DNA of 64,000 bases from Flaccisagitta enflata (Eukaryota), in the NCBI GenBank assembly GCA_965153355.1, contig OZ231126.1, positions 37,758,001-37,822,000 on the forward strand. Reading direction: 5' to 3'. This document shows, in pieces, positions 41,073-56,257 of this stretch. How positions within the stretch are numbered: the first letter of the stretch is position 1; the number at the start of each line of letters is the position of its first letter. Both the position numbers and the translations under genes were made by a program. The notes beneath the pieces were generated by a model. It was given only the letters and a program-made list of their open reading frames with translations. It ran no database searches and was not told where the DNA came from.

Positions 41073-41621
41073 TTTAGCGTGAGGTTTCGTTTCGCACATA
41101 AAGAACCTTGGCTAAAAACATTTGCCTTAGTCTTCAACCGACGGACGGATAAACTGGTGTGAAGTCTGAGTGTGCATCATAATGGCTAGAAACAATGCAA
41201 CGAGAAAATAATCTCAAAAGTGTCAGATGGTCGGTGGCACCCGATGCCCTCCCCAGTACTATAGTGTATGATTAGATGTGGTGATGAGAGGGGCAGCAGC
41301 ACATAAGCCGCCGACGATCTATGCTTGGTTGGTATGTAAGCATGGAGTCTGGGATTAGAGCGTAGAGGCTGGGATATTAGCTGTGAGGCTGGGAAGTTAG
41401 CTTCAAGGCTGAGATATTAGCCTCAAGCTTGGGAATTGGGATCTTAGCCTCAATGCAATGAGGTGGACCTACCATGGAGACAGAGGATAAGAAACGGCAA
41501 TTGGCCTTGTGTATGGGAGCTGCTGCCCAAAAGCACGATATGCACCTTCGTTGCATTTTGCAACGAACTACCTGCATCCTTAACAGAATGGCCAGTTACA
41601 ATTCTACTTCTATCGGTCTGT

Positions 41622-41690
<69 letters not shown>

Positions 41691-44651
41691 GATCTCTTCC
41701 ATCCTCATGGTTCGTGTGTATGAAGAAGTTGGGATGTCATCTGCGGGTGCTAAAGTGGCGCAGAAAATCGAGTCTACGCAGTTATTATTGGAAGGAGGTT
41801 TTCTTTAGAAACTCGATTAGGAGATCAGAGGAAAACCGCCATATCTGCCGCCTTTTGACCTCCAAACGCGCGCGCGCACGCACAAACACGCTCACACGCA
41901 CAAATGCGTACACACACACGTACTCTCCTGGACACGCGCTTTTGCACGTGAGGACAAGGTGACATTCACGGCCGTCACGTCCCACGTGCTATTGCAATTG
42001 GCTCTCCCTTCATTTTTTTTACTACCTTATGCGCGTAAATGTGTATGCGTGAAGTGAAGGCATTGCCATCGAATCCGCACGGGAATGTTTGAAAGCGTAC
42101 GTGTTGATTGTGGAAGTGAACGCGTGATGTATACCTGTTTTGGTGTATGCGTGACAAGGTTATTCGCCTCATCGATAACTTTACTAAGGGGTTGTGCAAC
42201 ATTATTCAAGTTTGTAATTTGAAATAAAAAGAAGTTTTCCTATTTTCTATATCATTGCTATTGACGTGATATACTATCTACAACAAAAGTATATCGGCAA
42301 GATCATTATCAGGCTGTTAATTCATCAAATGACTTGAAAAACCATAATTTGATCTTTGAGATTCTTTGTATGTATCCTGTGAACAACAATAACGGCCCTA
42401 ATTATCTTCATATGCTCTTTAAGAGATGTTTTTAAAAAGTATGATGCGGTCTTCCCTCACACCTTGAGAGCAGAATTTTTTTTCCATATCAAACAATGCG
42501 TGATTCTTTCTCCTTAGTAGCTTTCTTACCAACCATTTGATCTATAATCGAGTTTGGAATGACCATGGCAATGACAAGGCGATCCTTTGGCATCGCTGTA
42601 GCAACCTAAAAGTCGGACAACAACCTTTAACTAACAAAAAATAACACTTGGCCAAGTACCAAAAGCGACAAGAAATAAAATATAATTTTTCAGCCATTTT
42701 CATTTGAAGTAGCATTCTTGTTTCGCCCGTCATTTCTAAACGAATTGAGCAACAAGAACGCGGTTGGTGGCACTAGATCAGAAATTTGATGTAGTTTCAG
42801 AATGTCACCAATTTTTATATGATTTTTATAGTTTTAGCAGAGATATGACCCAAAACGCTCGCCGATATATATATGTTCTAGATAGTACTTAATACTTTTC
42901 CCCCTGTCTTGTTTGTGTTTTGTTGTTCCTTTTTTTGGGGGAAACGGTTAAATTCTTCTTTAAAATGTTCCTCTTCTATTACATCTTTTTCTTCTTTTTC
43001 CTACGTCTTTTTCTTCTCTACCTTTTTTTTTACACTCCTTTTTTTTCTTCATATTCTTCTTGTTTTTCTGTCACGATTTTTGTTCTTCTTGTTTTTACCC
43101 TTTCCTCTTGTTATCCCCTATCACATCCCTATCGTTCTTCTTCCCCCTCCTCCCAAATCCCGTCAGCCATCATCGCCAACGAGAGCGATTCGCCTTTCAG
43201 CCCTTTTGACCTCTGAAAACTAGGAACTCCGCGAGGGGATGAAGATTGGCTGCGGGGGAGCCTCGAGAGTTTCGATGTTGAGAAATGAGAGCATTGGGTT
43301 AGGATTATGAGCGGGTTTGTGGTTGGACTGGTCTCCACTTTTTGGGGCACGAGGCAACGCGTAAACCATCAGAGCGGAAAAAGTGATGGGAAAAAGAAGA
43401 ATTCGAACAATGCCACGCATGGGATAAGATCATCTACAGTCCATGTCGATTCATGCCTCGGGCTTTCGCTTGTCACAGATGGTGAAACATGATGGATTTA
43501 AGTTGCGTGATATTCTTTTCGTCTGAAAGTGAAAAGATCAATTTACATGATTTTTATAAAATATCTAAAAACACAAATTCGCCGATCTTGAATTTGCCTT
43601 AGCTAACGGGTCTTACACAAGAAGATTCGGTCCGTCTCCATTTGCCAGAGATCCGATTTGGTTGTTCTGTTCAGTTGCCCCCGCCCAATTGGTCCAATTC
43701 TCATTCATTTAGGACCTAATGTGTACCTATATCTTTACTTCTTATTGTACACCTTACTGTACACTTAACTATACAACTAACTGTACACCTGTGAGAGTGC
43801 ACGTGCATGTGTATCCGGCCTTAATAACCTTTCGGAAATCATTACAGTACCTATCATTTGGCAAAGCATCCGATACTGTGTCTGATCACCGCGCGTCGTT
43901 TTACTTCTAGCTCCCGGCGCTTGCATTGGCGTGTAATCATGGATTCTTCAGTCAAACAAAGACATCAAGCTTTGAGTTGACAAATCGGAGCACCATAACC
44001 ACCGGCGCGCCTTTAACCATGAGAAGGAGGGCGCTTATTAGGGATTATGTGGTGTTCGCTTTCTTCCTTTCCCGCACCCCGCCGAGACGGCCGCCATTGC
44101 CGTCATTGCCGCCGTCGCCGCCGTCGCCGCCATTGCCACACAGGCTGTCATTACCGCCATCGCCGCCGCCGCCGCTGCTACCACCGCAACCACCACAGCC
44201 GCCACCTCTGCCGCAGACGCCGCAGTCATACATATTCCCGTTCACCGTTGTTATGGTTACTCCGAGGAATCCATTATAAGGTCATAAAGGTTTCATTCAG
44301 ATTCCTTTCGTCTGCCTCTTCAGACTCGGAATAATCAAGTTTCTGCCTTTCATTCCAAGGATTTTTCCCTTTTCCATCCTTTTCATGTCAGCGGCCATCA
44401 TTCGTTTTGTCATCCAAAATCTCGGTATTGGAAGTGTGCAGTCACAATGTTGCAGCATCTGATATATTCCGATTTTCCGCCAGTCATCATATTGTTGGTT
44501 TGTGAGCTTCCAATCTTTTTTTTGATATGCAAAATGGAGGCGGAAGTGAAAGCAAAAGCGGTGAAAGTAGCTTTAAAATGTAACACTATCTTATCTCTAG
44601 AGAGTGCACGTTTCATATGAAGTATGTAAAAAAAAGTCATCCAAGGATCGC

Positions 44652-45893
44652 ACATGGTCAGCGGTACCCGATGCCCTGCTTGGAGTGATAGCTGGAGAAG
44701 TGGAGTGAGAGCAGGGCAGCGGCCCCAAAGGGCCGATGTCCTGTAGGCAGGCCTGAGCTATACAGCATTTTTGTCAACTATACAATACCAATACAATACT
44801 TCCCAATATTGGGACAATACAATACAATACCAATACAATACAATACCTATCAAAATTGTATACAATACATTATAATCATATACAATACATAACAATACAT
44901 ATTTCTAATTTCAATTATGAATATGTATTTTTAACAATGCAGGATTTTTAAAAAACTTGAAACTTTGCTTGTAATTATTTTTTGCTTTAGTTAAATAGAT
45001 AATGTTTAAGAATATTTTAATTTTTTATAGCCTGATCAAAAAAAAACATTTTTTTCTTTTATTTTTTATAATGTTTTTTTTTCAACCACTGTATTATTTT
45101 TCTGCTATGTTAGTCTATCAGTTCCTCTTTTTGTTTGCCTGTTTGTTTTTCTCTGCATGTCTCTCTCTCTCTCTCTCTCTCTCTTTTTTACCCATAGCTA
45201 CTCACTTTCACGGTCTCAGTTTGTTTTCCCCCTCTTCCTCTTCTTTATTTTTCCCCCCAGCCAAACTGTCTTCCTCCTCCTTTTTTTCATCCCTTACCCA
45301 CTCTCAGTCATATCTACTTAATCCTCTTCTTCCTCTTCCCTTTCATCTCTAATTTTCCATACTGTCTCTATACTCTCTCAAATTCTTGAATGTTTTCCTC
45401 CTCCTCTGCATCTTATTCAGTTTTTCTCTCATATGTTTTACTGTCCCTTGATTTTCTTATCATTTTCTGTAATATTGTATTGTACTGTATTGTATTGGAA
45501 AAAATACAAAATTAGATATATATATTGGGAAAACCCAATACACAAGAATATTGTAAACCCAATACCAATACCCAATACAATCGCTCAGGCCTGCCTGTAG
45601 GACACAGGGGTGAATTTCCATACGTCCTGAGAGGGCATATTTGAGGCCTTTGGAGCAATTTTCCATGATATTCAATGGGGGTTAAGCATTTCGTTCAATT
45701 TCTCATCAATTTGCCATGTTATTCAATGGGAATTTCAAATTTTTTTCATTTTCCATCAATTTTCCATGTTATTGAATGGCAAGTTTGCATTATATGAATT
45801 TCCCATGTTTTTCAATGGGAATTTGAGGCTTGAGAAGCTACGGGGGGGGATGTACAGACGTACGGACGTACGGACGTATGGAAATTCACCCCA
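44652..45893 (-). mobile_element. Family D interspersed element interrupted by a hAT-like MITE
   Basis: GGTCAGCGGTACCCGATGCCCTGCT...GGGCAGCGGCCCCAAAGGGCCGATGTCCTGTAGG|ACACAGGGGTGAATTTCC; homologous to 50142-50556. Confidence 0.7.
44748..45593. mobile_element. hAT-like MITE
   Basis: TIR CAGGCCTGAGC; perfect 8-bp TSD CCTGTAGG (44740-44747, 45594-45601); CAATA(C) subterminal repeats. Confidence 0.9.
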
Positions 45894-47009
45894 AAAAGTA
45901 AAAATGTTTATTTGAAGAAAATTCTTTGATAGAAATTGTCTCTCAAAAATTATAGCTGTCTCTACTCATTACAACCACTACAAGCAGCTATGAGGAGTGT
46001 CTCCTTTTTGCCCTCGATCCAGGGCAAGATGATTGACCCAACTGATGGAGGGGCCATTCAACCAATGGTTGGAATATTGATGAATGGATCATTGAACTCA
46101 TGCACAGACCCATTTTGGTATAAATGCATGAACGTATCTTACAAACAAAAAAATTCAACAAAGAATAGGTTGGTGGATTATCAAGAAGTCGAAACAGGGG
46201 GACGGGTATCGCTAACTATTAGCAGCCCATTTGTCGCTATCCACGTAAACTCCATTGTCCCGCAATGGCTGGGGCTTCTTGCAATTGCGGAATGTCGGTC
46301 TCTCCACTCTCTTCATAATGATTCATTTATTCATCTCTCTCCCATCTCAAAGACGAAAAGTTATTCCTCGTTCTTGGCTATTAAGAAACTTATTCTCTCC
46401 TAGTTAGTCGCTTTTTTTTTCTTCTGAGGTGTGTTTTTTCACCTGTTGTTCTCATTGTAGGTAATCTTAAAGACAACTCATCCCATTTCTATCAGTTTGC
46501 CTGTTTGGCTATATTACTGTTTACCTGACAGACCAATGATTATAAGTGAGGTGATAAAGATTTACTGTTTGCTTCAAGTGTCAGATACATGGCTCAATGA
46601 CTTCTGCTGACAAGAGACTGACTTGGAATTTACAATTTTTAAGTCGGAAACAATTTACAAATGTCATCATCTTACTGGGTCGACTGCTACTGCATGACCA
46701 AAATCCTACGATTGGCTGTAAAGCACGTTAAGTTACGCTATTTGTTGCGTTCTTTTTTATGGGGCACGGTTAAGTGAACGATGGGGGGGGGGGATGGAAA
46801 GTTGACTGAAAAAAAAAACGCACGAGACTTATGTTTTGTGCTTTTAATAGTTTAGGAGAGTAGGACGTCACTTGAAACGACTATCTTTCTCTGAGCTTTT
46901 TTTCCTCCCTGCATTCAGAAAAGGTAATTACGTGTCTCCAAGCCATTGACCAAAGAATAAGGCGACCGGTGAGCAAAATTTGGAAAGGATGTGAATGGGA
47001 AGGAGAAAG

Positions 47010-47256
<247 letters not shown>

Positions 47257-47377
47257 CAATGACACTGATAGTCAGAAAATGAGACGAATAGGAAGGAAAG
47301 AAGAGATTTGCGCGACAGAGCAATGATAATGCGATCTCTAGACAAAAAGACTATTGAAGAAGGCGTTCAACCACTGT

Positions 47378-47473
<96 letters not shown>

Positions 47474-47618
47474 TTCCACTCAATCATCACAGACAGACCG
47501 ACAGACGGACGGACCAACGAGCCGACGGATAGCCTAGCCTCTTATAGAGTCGCGAATCCGAGGACTAAAAAGATACACGCTTATACACGATGAAGGGTAA
47601 AAGAGAAAAAGAGATGAA

Positions 47619-47896
47619 AACACGGCCAAGTTGGCCAGCGATGCGTCCTCTTTGAATGAATGTTTTTTAATGAATGGATGTTTTTTTATGAATGAATGTT
47701 TTTTCATGTCATTTATGAATGAATAAATGATTTAATGAATGAATTGTTAAATGTATACTACTTTTACTGGTTATGATCACTTTTCTGTTGAAAAAATGCA
47801 TGATTTTGATGTTCTTAATGATTGCGTTACCGAACAACTGACCAACCGACCAACCAACGGCCACAACCTATCATAGCGATGCGAGGACGCATCTAA
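47619..47896 (-). mobile_element. HINE-like element, family E
   Basis: Element strand: TTAGATGCGTCCTCGCATC hairpin, 3' subTIR GAGGACGCATC, GGCCAACTTGGCC stem-loop, GTGTT end. Confidence 0.75.
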
Positions 47897-49098
47897 AAAA
47901 GAATGAAAGGGAAGGAATGAAGAAAAGGAAGGGTTTCTAAGGTAGGCGAGGTTTAATCGTCCAGAAAACATTTCTTGGCTGCAGTCCGGGAAGGAAAGGA
48001 AGGAATTCTGGGAGCCTACTTTCGACCAAATGCGGATTCTTATGACACGATCCCTCGCAATTCAGACTCGATATGAAGACATTCATTTCCCCTTTGCCTT
48101 GACGGTGCTTTAATCTATATGGGGCGAGAAAAGGAGGATGTGGAAAGCGGGGGTAGGGGGGGGGGGTAGGGGCAACTGATATGGTGTAGGTTACGCTCAA
48201 GAAAAAGGATTCTGGCAGCTACGTTGGTGTCAATTATTTGTTCCGGATCTTCGGAGTTTTGACCAGAGCGAGTGCTATAAACAGTAACTGTAAATGTCGA
48301 AAGACTCCTAGATGTCCGAAATAATCCACGAATTATCCCCAGGGCATAAACTTGAAGATGACCGAAACATGAGTATGGAGGATTCTCTCCTTCTGCTGAG
48401 AGTCTCAGCCTGAGACTTCCTGTTCGTGTTTGGGCACGTTATTTACTTATTACCCTTACCAAAGAGAAAGTTTAGCGAAAAAAGTTGACTTTGTCTCTGA
48501 CAATTTATGAAGGACCAACATTTATGTCGGTAAAAGGATGATTTTTATCATATTCAGCTATTTATTCAAAAAATAAAAAAAAACACACCAGAGTGTGTCA
48601 TACGATCTTTAATTTTCAATTAACCATGTGCGATCCTTCGGCGACTGGTCATGCACTTGACAGTGACTAGACCGTATAATCTTGCAATCCGGAGTAAACA
48701 CCATTGAAAGCTTGCAAGGCTTTCATCCTTCCTAAATTGGAGAACTCTGGCCTCATTTTCTGAGGGCAATGTTGTTTAAACTTTCATAACGAATATTCGC
48801 AAAAAAATCGTACAGGTAGAAACGCAAGATTTTTCCGTGTGATTCGTTTTCATGAAGCGGGTTTTGATAAAACAGTTTTCTTTAGGCTTTAGGGATACTG
48901 TGCCTTTGTGGCCGTGCTCCCTCTTTATACTCATATGCTGGCCATCCTCTTTCGTTTGTCTTGGTTCGTTGTTTTCTTTTGTCTTCTTTGCTTGTATTTT
49001 TTTCCTTTTTTACTTGTCTTATCTTTTTCTCATCATTCTCATTTCGATTTTGCTTTCCGTCTCTCTTTCCTTTCCCTCTCCTATCATTTTCATTTCCG

Positions 49099-49155
<57 letters not shown>

Positions 49156-49278
49156 TCATCATGTGCTTTGTCCCTTCCTGTCGTATACATTACTTTGTGT
49201 GGATCTGTAAATGGAAAATACACACATACACATACACGTACACGTACACGCTCACAAACACACATACACACACATACC

Positions 49279-49412
<134 letters not shown>

Positions 49413-49649
49413 AACACACACACACAAACACACACACACAAACACACACACACAAACACACACACACAAACACACACACACACACACAGAAACACTCGAA
49501 TACTGCCCATGTCATATTTCCACAGAACCCACACATAATGATATGGGCACAGGTATATACCATGGCCTTTCTTCTTTCCTTCATTATTATTACCATCGAT
49601 GGTCTTTGCGTGTTCCTCCTCTTCCTCTTCTCGCAACGACGCCGTTTTG

Positions 49650-49787
<138 letters not shown>

Positions 49788-49901
49788 AATCTCCATATCT
49801 CTCCATCTCTCTCTTTCCATCTGTCCTTCCTCCCCCTCCTCCATCTTTTTTGTTACCTTCTTCATCGTTGTCTCCTCGCTCATGGCTGCCATTTCTCTCT
49901 A

Positions 49902-49984
<83 letters not shown>

Positions 49985-50141
49985 CCGTTTTGCCACCTGT
50001 TGGCTTGTTCTTTTCGACTTTTTTTTTCTTTATATTCGCGCTCGCAACAGCTTTCAATCGTTCATTCACTTTTTCTGTATAAACCGCTGTCTCTCTGTTT
50101 TGCTGTCTTCCTGTTTCCGCACTTCGTCTAGACTTTCATTT

Positions 50142-50556
50142 TTGGGTAGCGGCCCCAAAGGGCAAAGCGGACGAAGTCCTGTAGAACACTTTTGTTTGTG
50201 TGTCTGTTTGTCCGTTTGTCCCCCCCTGACCCCTCAGCCCTGACATTACCCTCTCTGGCCTGAAATCTGCCCTCTCAGGCCTAAAATCAGTCCTCTTAGT
50301 TCCTAAATTTTCCCTCTCAGATTCAAGGCCTAAGAGGGCAGATTTCAGGCCTGAGAGGGTAGATTTCATGCCTGAGAGGGCAGATTTCAGGGATGAGAGG
50401 GCCTGAGGGGGGCGCATGGACAGACGGACGCACGAACAAAAGTCCCCCTGTGTTCTACAGGACTTCAGTCCTTTTGGGGCTACTGCCCTGCTTCCCGCAT
50501 TCTGATTCACAACCAAGGAAAGCAGGGCAACGGGTATCGCTGACCGCATATTGCCT
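50142..50556 (+). mobile_element. Family D interspersed element (long subterminal IR plus 3' hairpins; probably HINE-like)
   Basis: GGGTAGCGGCCCCAAAG..GAAGTCCTGTAGAACAC pairs with GTGTTCTACAGGACTTC..TTTTGGGGCTACTGCCC; internal GCCTGAGAGGGCAGATTTC repeats. Relatives at about 35330-35810, 41226-41540, 50740-51140, 54000-54240 and 56258-56762. Confidence 0.7.
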
Positions 50557-51370
50557 TTCTCTCTCTCTCTCTCTCTCTCTTCTTTTCTCGTCGTAAGTTA
50601 ACACATTATTTTGAACGCGAAAAAGGGAGAGAATACAGCGTTAACGAATCAATCAGTGCGACTTTAGTCCGTCTCCTGTTTCTTTCTGTATTTTTCTTCT
50701 GATTTTCTTTTCCCGCTTTCTACGAATGGTGGCTTTTTTTGTGTAGCGGCTTCAAAATCAAAGGCTGATATCCTGTCCACAGGGCTGAATTTTCAGACAT
50801 ATGCATATTTAATCCCTGCCCTGCCTGAGGCCTCTCAAGCCCCATTCCAGCCCCCTTGAATCCGGCCTCTCGGGCTTTAATTCTCCGACATCTCAAATTT
50901 TCCCTCTTAGGCCTGGTGTTACATCAGCTCTCTAAGGCCTCAAATATGTCCTCTCAAGTCTTAAATGTCCCACTCAAACCACATAGATCTAACCCCAGGC
51001 CTCATCTTACCAACCTAAAGCATGATAAACAGATAGATGTATAGAAATTCACCCCTGTGTTTTATTGGCGCCTTGAGGCCGATGCCAAAATGTTACATTG
51101 CATTACTTTGAGCAGAGTAACGAGTACCGCTGACCAAAGGCGTTCTTCCTCTTTCTTTACACTGCTTTCAGTGTCGGCATGTATGTAGTGCCGATTGCCT
51201 CCGTGCTCCATGAAGTCAATTATCAATTAGGCATGCATGTTGAAAATGGGCTTTCTTTTTGGACAATATCAATACTCACTCATGAGTACCCAACGCCTAA
51301 CTTATCAAAAGAATAACCATGGCGGATTTTTAAAACCTTTCTTTTGAACCATAACGCGATATAACGTAAG

Positions 51371-51562
51371 AACTAGGCCAACACCTATAAGTCGCGTGCG
51401 AGACTTACAGAATGACCTAGTATGACTTAGAATGACTTGATATACTCTAAAATGACTTAAGATGACATAAGGGAATAAAATTGATAAAAAAAGTAAAGTG
51501 TGACGGACCGACCAACGGACGGACGGACAAAGTGGAGTGAAGAGTCGCGTGCACGCGACTAA
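51371..51562 (-). mobile_element. HINE family A subfamily, short copy
   Basis: Same termini as 32412-38537. Confidence 0.8.
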
Positions 51563-52694
51563 AAATGGATTAAAATTGGTGATGCCTGTGTAGCTTTATT
51601 CGTTTAGAAATGGCATAGGTTTGAAGAAAAATATCATCGATTGGAAAAAGGGCAAATATTGTCTTTTTTTTATTAGCAATTTCTTGTCTCAATGTTTTTC
51701 TTAATAATTCAATTAAGAATTGTCAAAGCTACTTGATATCCATGAGCAAATCAAAGAGCTTCGAATTGTCTTCAAAATGGCGCCAAGAACGAATTTTTTA
51801 CTCAATGCGTTTAGTGTCTATGTTAAAACAAACAAAAAATATGCAAATCCTATAGTGAATTCTCAAATTCCAGACAACCTATCTTCATCCTGATGCCATT
51901 TCTAAATGAAAAAAGCTAGGACAACCAGCGCCGTCTAATTTGAAAGATCTTTCGCAGAGATTCAAAATGGTCACCGATTTTTTATACTTTTTCTCAATTT
52001 AAGGTAAATAGAACTAGTTTTCCAAAATCCGCCATTTTTTATGTCCCCAAGGTTAGGGTCCTTGGAGCTGTTTCATCTGGACTCACCACAACTTAGAGAC
52101 AATCCCGCCGAGAATTATCATAGAATCTCAGAAAAAAACATGTCACATTTCAGATAGCACCACCCCTTTCTTTCTAAGATTGAGATATGCTGACAACAAG
52201 AATGCACTTGATGAATATATATATAAATAATAAATATGGCGAGACAAAGGTGACCATATCCATCTAGGCATTTCTTTTATGGTCCTCACATATTAATCCA
52301 AACTAGAAACTGAGCCACTACGCTCGTTCTCCAAATTTCCGTCTTGCTATAACTGTCTCTCGCTAGCGTGTTTTCTTATCTACCCGCTGTGTTATGCCGC
52401 TGCCCTTCTATCCTCGTCCTATTTTCCTCCTGTGGTTCTTTCCGGTCTCCCAATCTTTCATCCGTCTTACTTCCGTCTATCTTTTCCCCATTTTTCTACG
52501 ACCCTTTCTTCGCCTTTCTTCCTCCGGGGCTACCTTCCCTTTTCCATCTGTCTACGTTTTGCGCTCTGCCTCTTGAGTCTCCGTTTTTCGCACTCTAATT
52601 TATCTGTCTCTTTCTTTCTCTGTCTTTCTATCATTCAGTTTCTCTCTTTCTCTTCCTCACTGTCTACAGAAGTGATCAATGCTTTTCTGTATCT

Positions 52695-52734
<40 letters not shown>

Positions 52735-52738
<4 letters not shown>

Positions 52739-53273
52739 TGTAACTGAAAAAAGAAAATGAAAAAATTGTAAAATACAGTGGCCTACGAGTAGAATTAGCA
52801 AAAATGTGGAATAGTGACTGTATTGTTATCCTGGTGGTTGTGGGGAGCCTTGGTGCTGTATCCCACAAACTTGGGAACAACCTCAGGATGATACCCGCTG
52901 AATTGTGTGCAACAATGTGCCTGAAAATAACTTTATTGGGAAGTGAGAAGATCATGAGATCAGTCTTATCACGAAAATGATTTGTACCTGGATATGTCAT
53001 TACGGCGAGGAAGAATGAATACCTAACGATGAAAGCTCTCTGTATGGACTGGTGTTGCCATTACTGCCCAATTTGTTTGTTCAAAGTTGGCCTTTGTTGG
53101 ATTACATATGAAGTGGACTACTTGAAATAAATACATTACCAAAAACAACATCAAAAATAACAACAAAGAAAGAAACATTCTGAAATGCCCCTAAGATTAG
53201 GTCAATCCTTGGCTATCAGTCTCATACTACCAAGACAGTCTAAGACAGTTTGTTCTTGTGCAAGTAAATGTAT

Positions 53274-53276
<3 letters not shown>
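52735..53276 (+). mobile_element. 5'-truncated non-LTR retrotransposon (R4/Dong-like, RLE type)
   Basis: 52750-52980 encodes KENEKIVKYSGLRVELAKMWNSDCIVILVVVGSLGAVSHKL...TLLGSEKIMRSVL*, the K..KY..L...W...V.VG.LG C-terminus of restriction-like endonuclease domains; (CT)n on both sides. The 3' boundary is inferred. Confidence 0.8.
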
Positions 53277-53314
<38 letters not shown>

Positions 53315-53464
53315 ATGCTCAAAAATACCACATAAAAGCATAAGACCAATGGACCAATGGACCAATAGAGTCGGGGGCCATGCGGCTGAAAATTTAGTGT
53401 GCACTCCGTCAACTTTGCATCTGCCCATCCATCCCTCGCTCGCGCTCATCACAGCTGGAGGATT

Positions 53465-53697
53465 TTAGTCGCGTGCTACGCGATTCTACACCCCGCTTTG
53501 TCGGTCCGTCGGTCCGTCGGTCCGTCCGTCCGTCCGTCCGTCCATCGGTCAATTGGTCCGTCTGTCCGTCAAACTTTACTTTGTCGGCGTTAATGGGGTT
53601 TTTGGCCTTACTGCTCCTACCCAAATGCTCCACGGACCTCAATTATGGGCCCTGCCCACCCGCACGCGACTGGGGTAGCCGTGTATCCGGCCTTGTT
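53465..53697 (+). mobile_element. HINE family A copy
   Basis: All terminal structures present. Confidence 0.85.
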
Positions 53698-54246
53698 TTT
53701 TTGTATCTGTTGTTTTTGTGGTTGTTGTGGTGGTGCGCGACGTATGACCAACGATGCTAAAAATAGTGACTTCATAGTGTTCTTCCATTCAACCACTATT
53801 TGTCTCAAGTTCGGATGCCAAAAATAACTTTAATCGTTTCACCTTTATTTCCTCTTTTTTCTTCTTCTTCTTCTTTTTCTTTACTTTTCTCTCTCTCTCA
53901 CTCTCTCTTTCCCTTTTCTTTTCGTTCCTTCCCATTTTTTTTTTTTTTGCTTTTGGGTATCTGCTCTGTATCTTTTCTTTTTTTCCGTTTTACTGTCCTT
54001 TTGCCCCCCCCCCCCACATTCAGCCGCTTAGGCCGCAAATCCGTTTTCTCAAACCCCAATTCTGGCCTGTAAGACCAGAATTGATACCAGCCCAGCTCTT
54101 AAACTAGTCCTGGCAGGTTTCAAATCGAACCTGATTGACCCTAGAAAAGGCCCGCCAAGCCCCTTTCACCTAAATCTCACTAAATCATGAAGATTAACAA
54201 TGGGGCAACGGGTACCGCTGACCATATGACGCCTCAGCGACCTTTC

Positions 54247-54322
54247 TCTTCTTCTTCTTCTTCTTCTTCTTCTTCTTCTTCTTCTTCTTCTTCTTCTTCT
54301 TCTTCTTCTTCTTCTTCTTCTT
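54247..54322. repeat. (TTC)n microsatellite
   Basis: Direct inspection. Confidence 0.95.
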
Positions 54323-55471
54323 TTTCTTTTTCCTCCTCTTCTTTTTCCTCTTCTTCGTTTTTTCCTTTCCTAATTTGTGTTTTTTTTGCCCTCTAACATC
54401 TTGGAAATAACTTGAACATCGCAATAACTGCTACTCATACGCATACTTTATTCTTTCCTCGATTTCCGTCCATCCGACCGTCCGTTTTGCGTTCATCCGC
54501 CAGTCAGTCTGACAGACAGTCAGTCACTCAGTCTTTCTTGGGGTACGAATTGATCATGTTGTTTCCTTATTTTCTCCATTTCTTTTTTTCATTCTCTTTC
54601 TTTTATTCTTCATAGTCTTTCTTCTCCTTTATACTCCTTTGCCTTTTTCTGGTTCTTTTTGTCTTCTCCTGTTCTGCCAATATCAAAATTCCTCTACTTC
54701 ACTTTTCCTCACTTTTCATTTTTCTTTCTACCCATACTGCCATAGATCGCTAACATCGACGTCGCATCATTCTCCATCGTACCGTCTTGCATCCTTTTTT
54801 TTTTCTTCTTTTTTCTTCGCGTCACCCAAATTCTGCTCTTATGTCTTCCGTCACCAACGACCAAATTATTCTCAGGTGCGTAGATCGAATATGTCTGTTT
54901 AATGGATCGATATTTTTATAAAGTTTAAATGGATACCCCTTCGTTGCAACGTAATTAACCGTAGACCCGCATTATTAGGTATCTCAAGAAACTGTTAACC
55001 AATGTTATGCATAGAATATCAATATCTAATTTACAATGACTTACCATAATTCCTTGACGCTTTCTATTCTGTACGGATTCCAAGGTACAACATAACATTC
55101 TTAACTCCCTCGTACGTTTGTCTTGATAGAGTGACGATAGGATTTTATTTCATATCTTATTGTAAAAAGAAAAAAGAAAAAAAAAAACACAAAAAAGTTA
55201 AATGAGGACCGACCGACCGACCAACGGACGGACATAGCGGGGTGTAGAGTCGCGTAGCACGCGACTTAAAAAGATCTTCCTTGAGAGTTGTGATTCTGAG
55301 GGGAAAAACGTGATGAAATGACAATGACAAGTTGGCAAGTGAGGTGACACTGTGACAGATTTCGTCACCTACGTCGTATTCACCGTCTGTGATGATTATA
55401 TCATCGCTGTCACCGACACAACGGCGTGACTAAAAGGTGCCGCAATTAATCTTCTACACTGAAAGAGTGAC

Positions 55472-55888
<417 letters not shown>

Positions 55889-56257
55889 GAGGAAAAACTG
55901 ACAGATTTTTTTTCTTTTCCATCTTGTTTAGTTGCGTGCTACGCGCCTCTATAGACCACTTTTCAATTCGTCAGTCGGTCCGTCAAGTTTTAGATTTGCT
56001 TAGTCCGTCAACGGTCAAGTTTTAGATTTGCTTTCTAAAGCTTTCCTAGGGATATCTGAGGTCTGTATTCGTTCATTCACTGATTCTTTCATTCATTCAT
56101 TCATTCATTCATTCATTCATTCATTCATTCATTCATTCATTCATTCATTCATTCATTCATTCATTAGCATATACAGCTCTGGTTAGGACTGATAGAGCTT
56201 AGGATTGGTCTGATAGAGCACTGGATAGGGCTAGGGGCAAAGAGCCCAAAGAGCCAA

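Noticed and set aside
51285..52060. Possible inverted-end element (ATGGCGGATTTT / AAAATCCGCCAT)
   Set aside because: Only a short inverted match; termini and TSD could not be defined.
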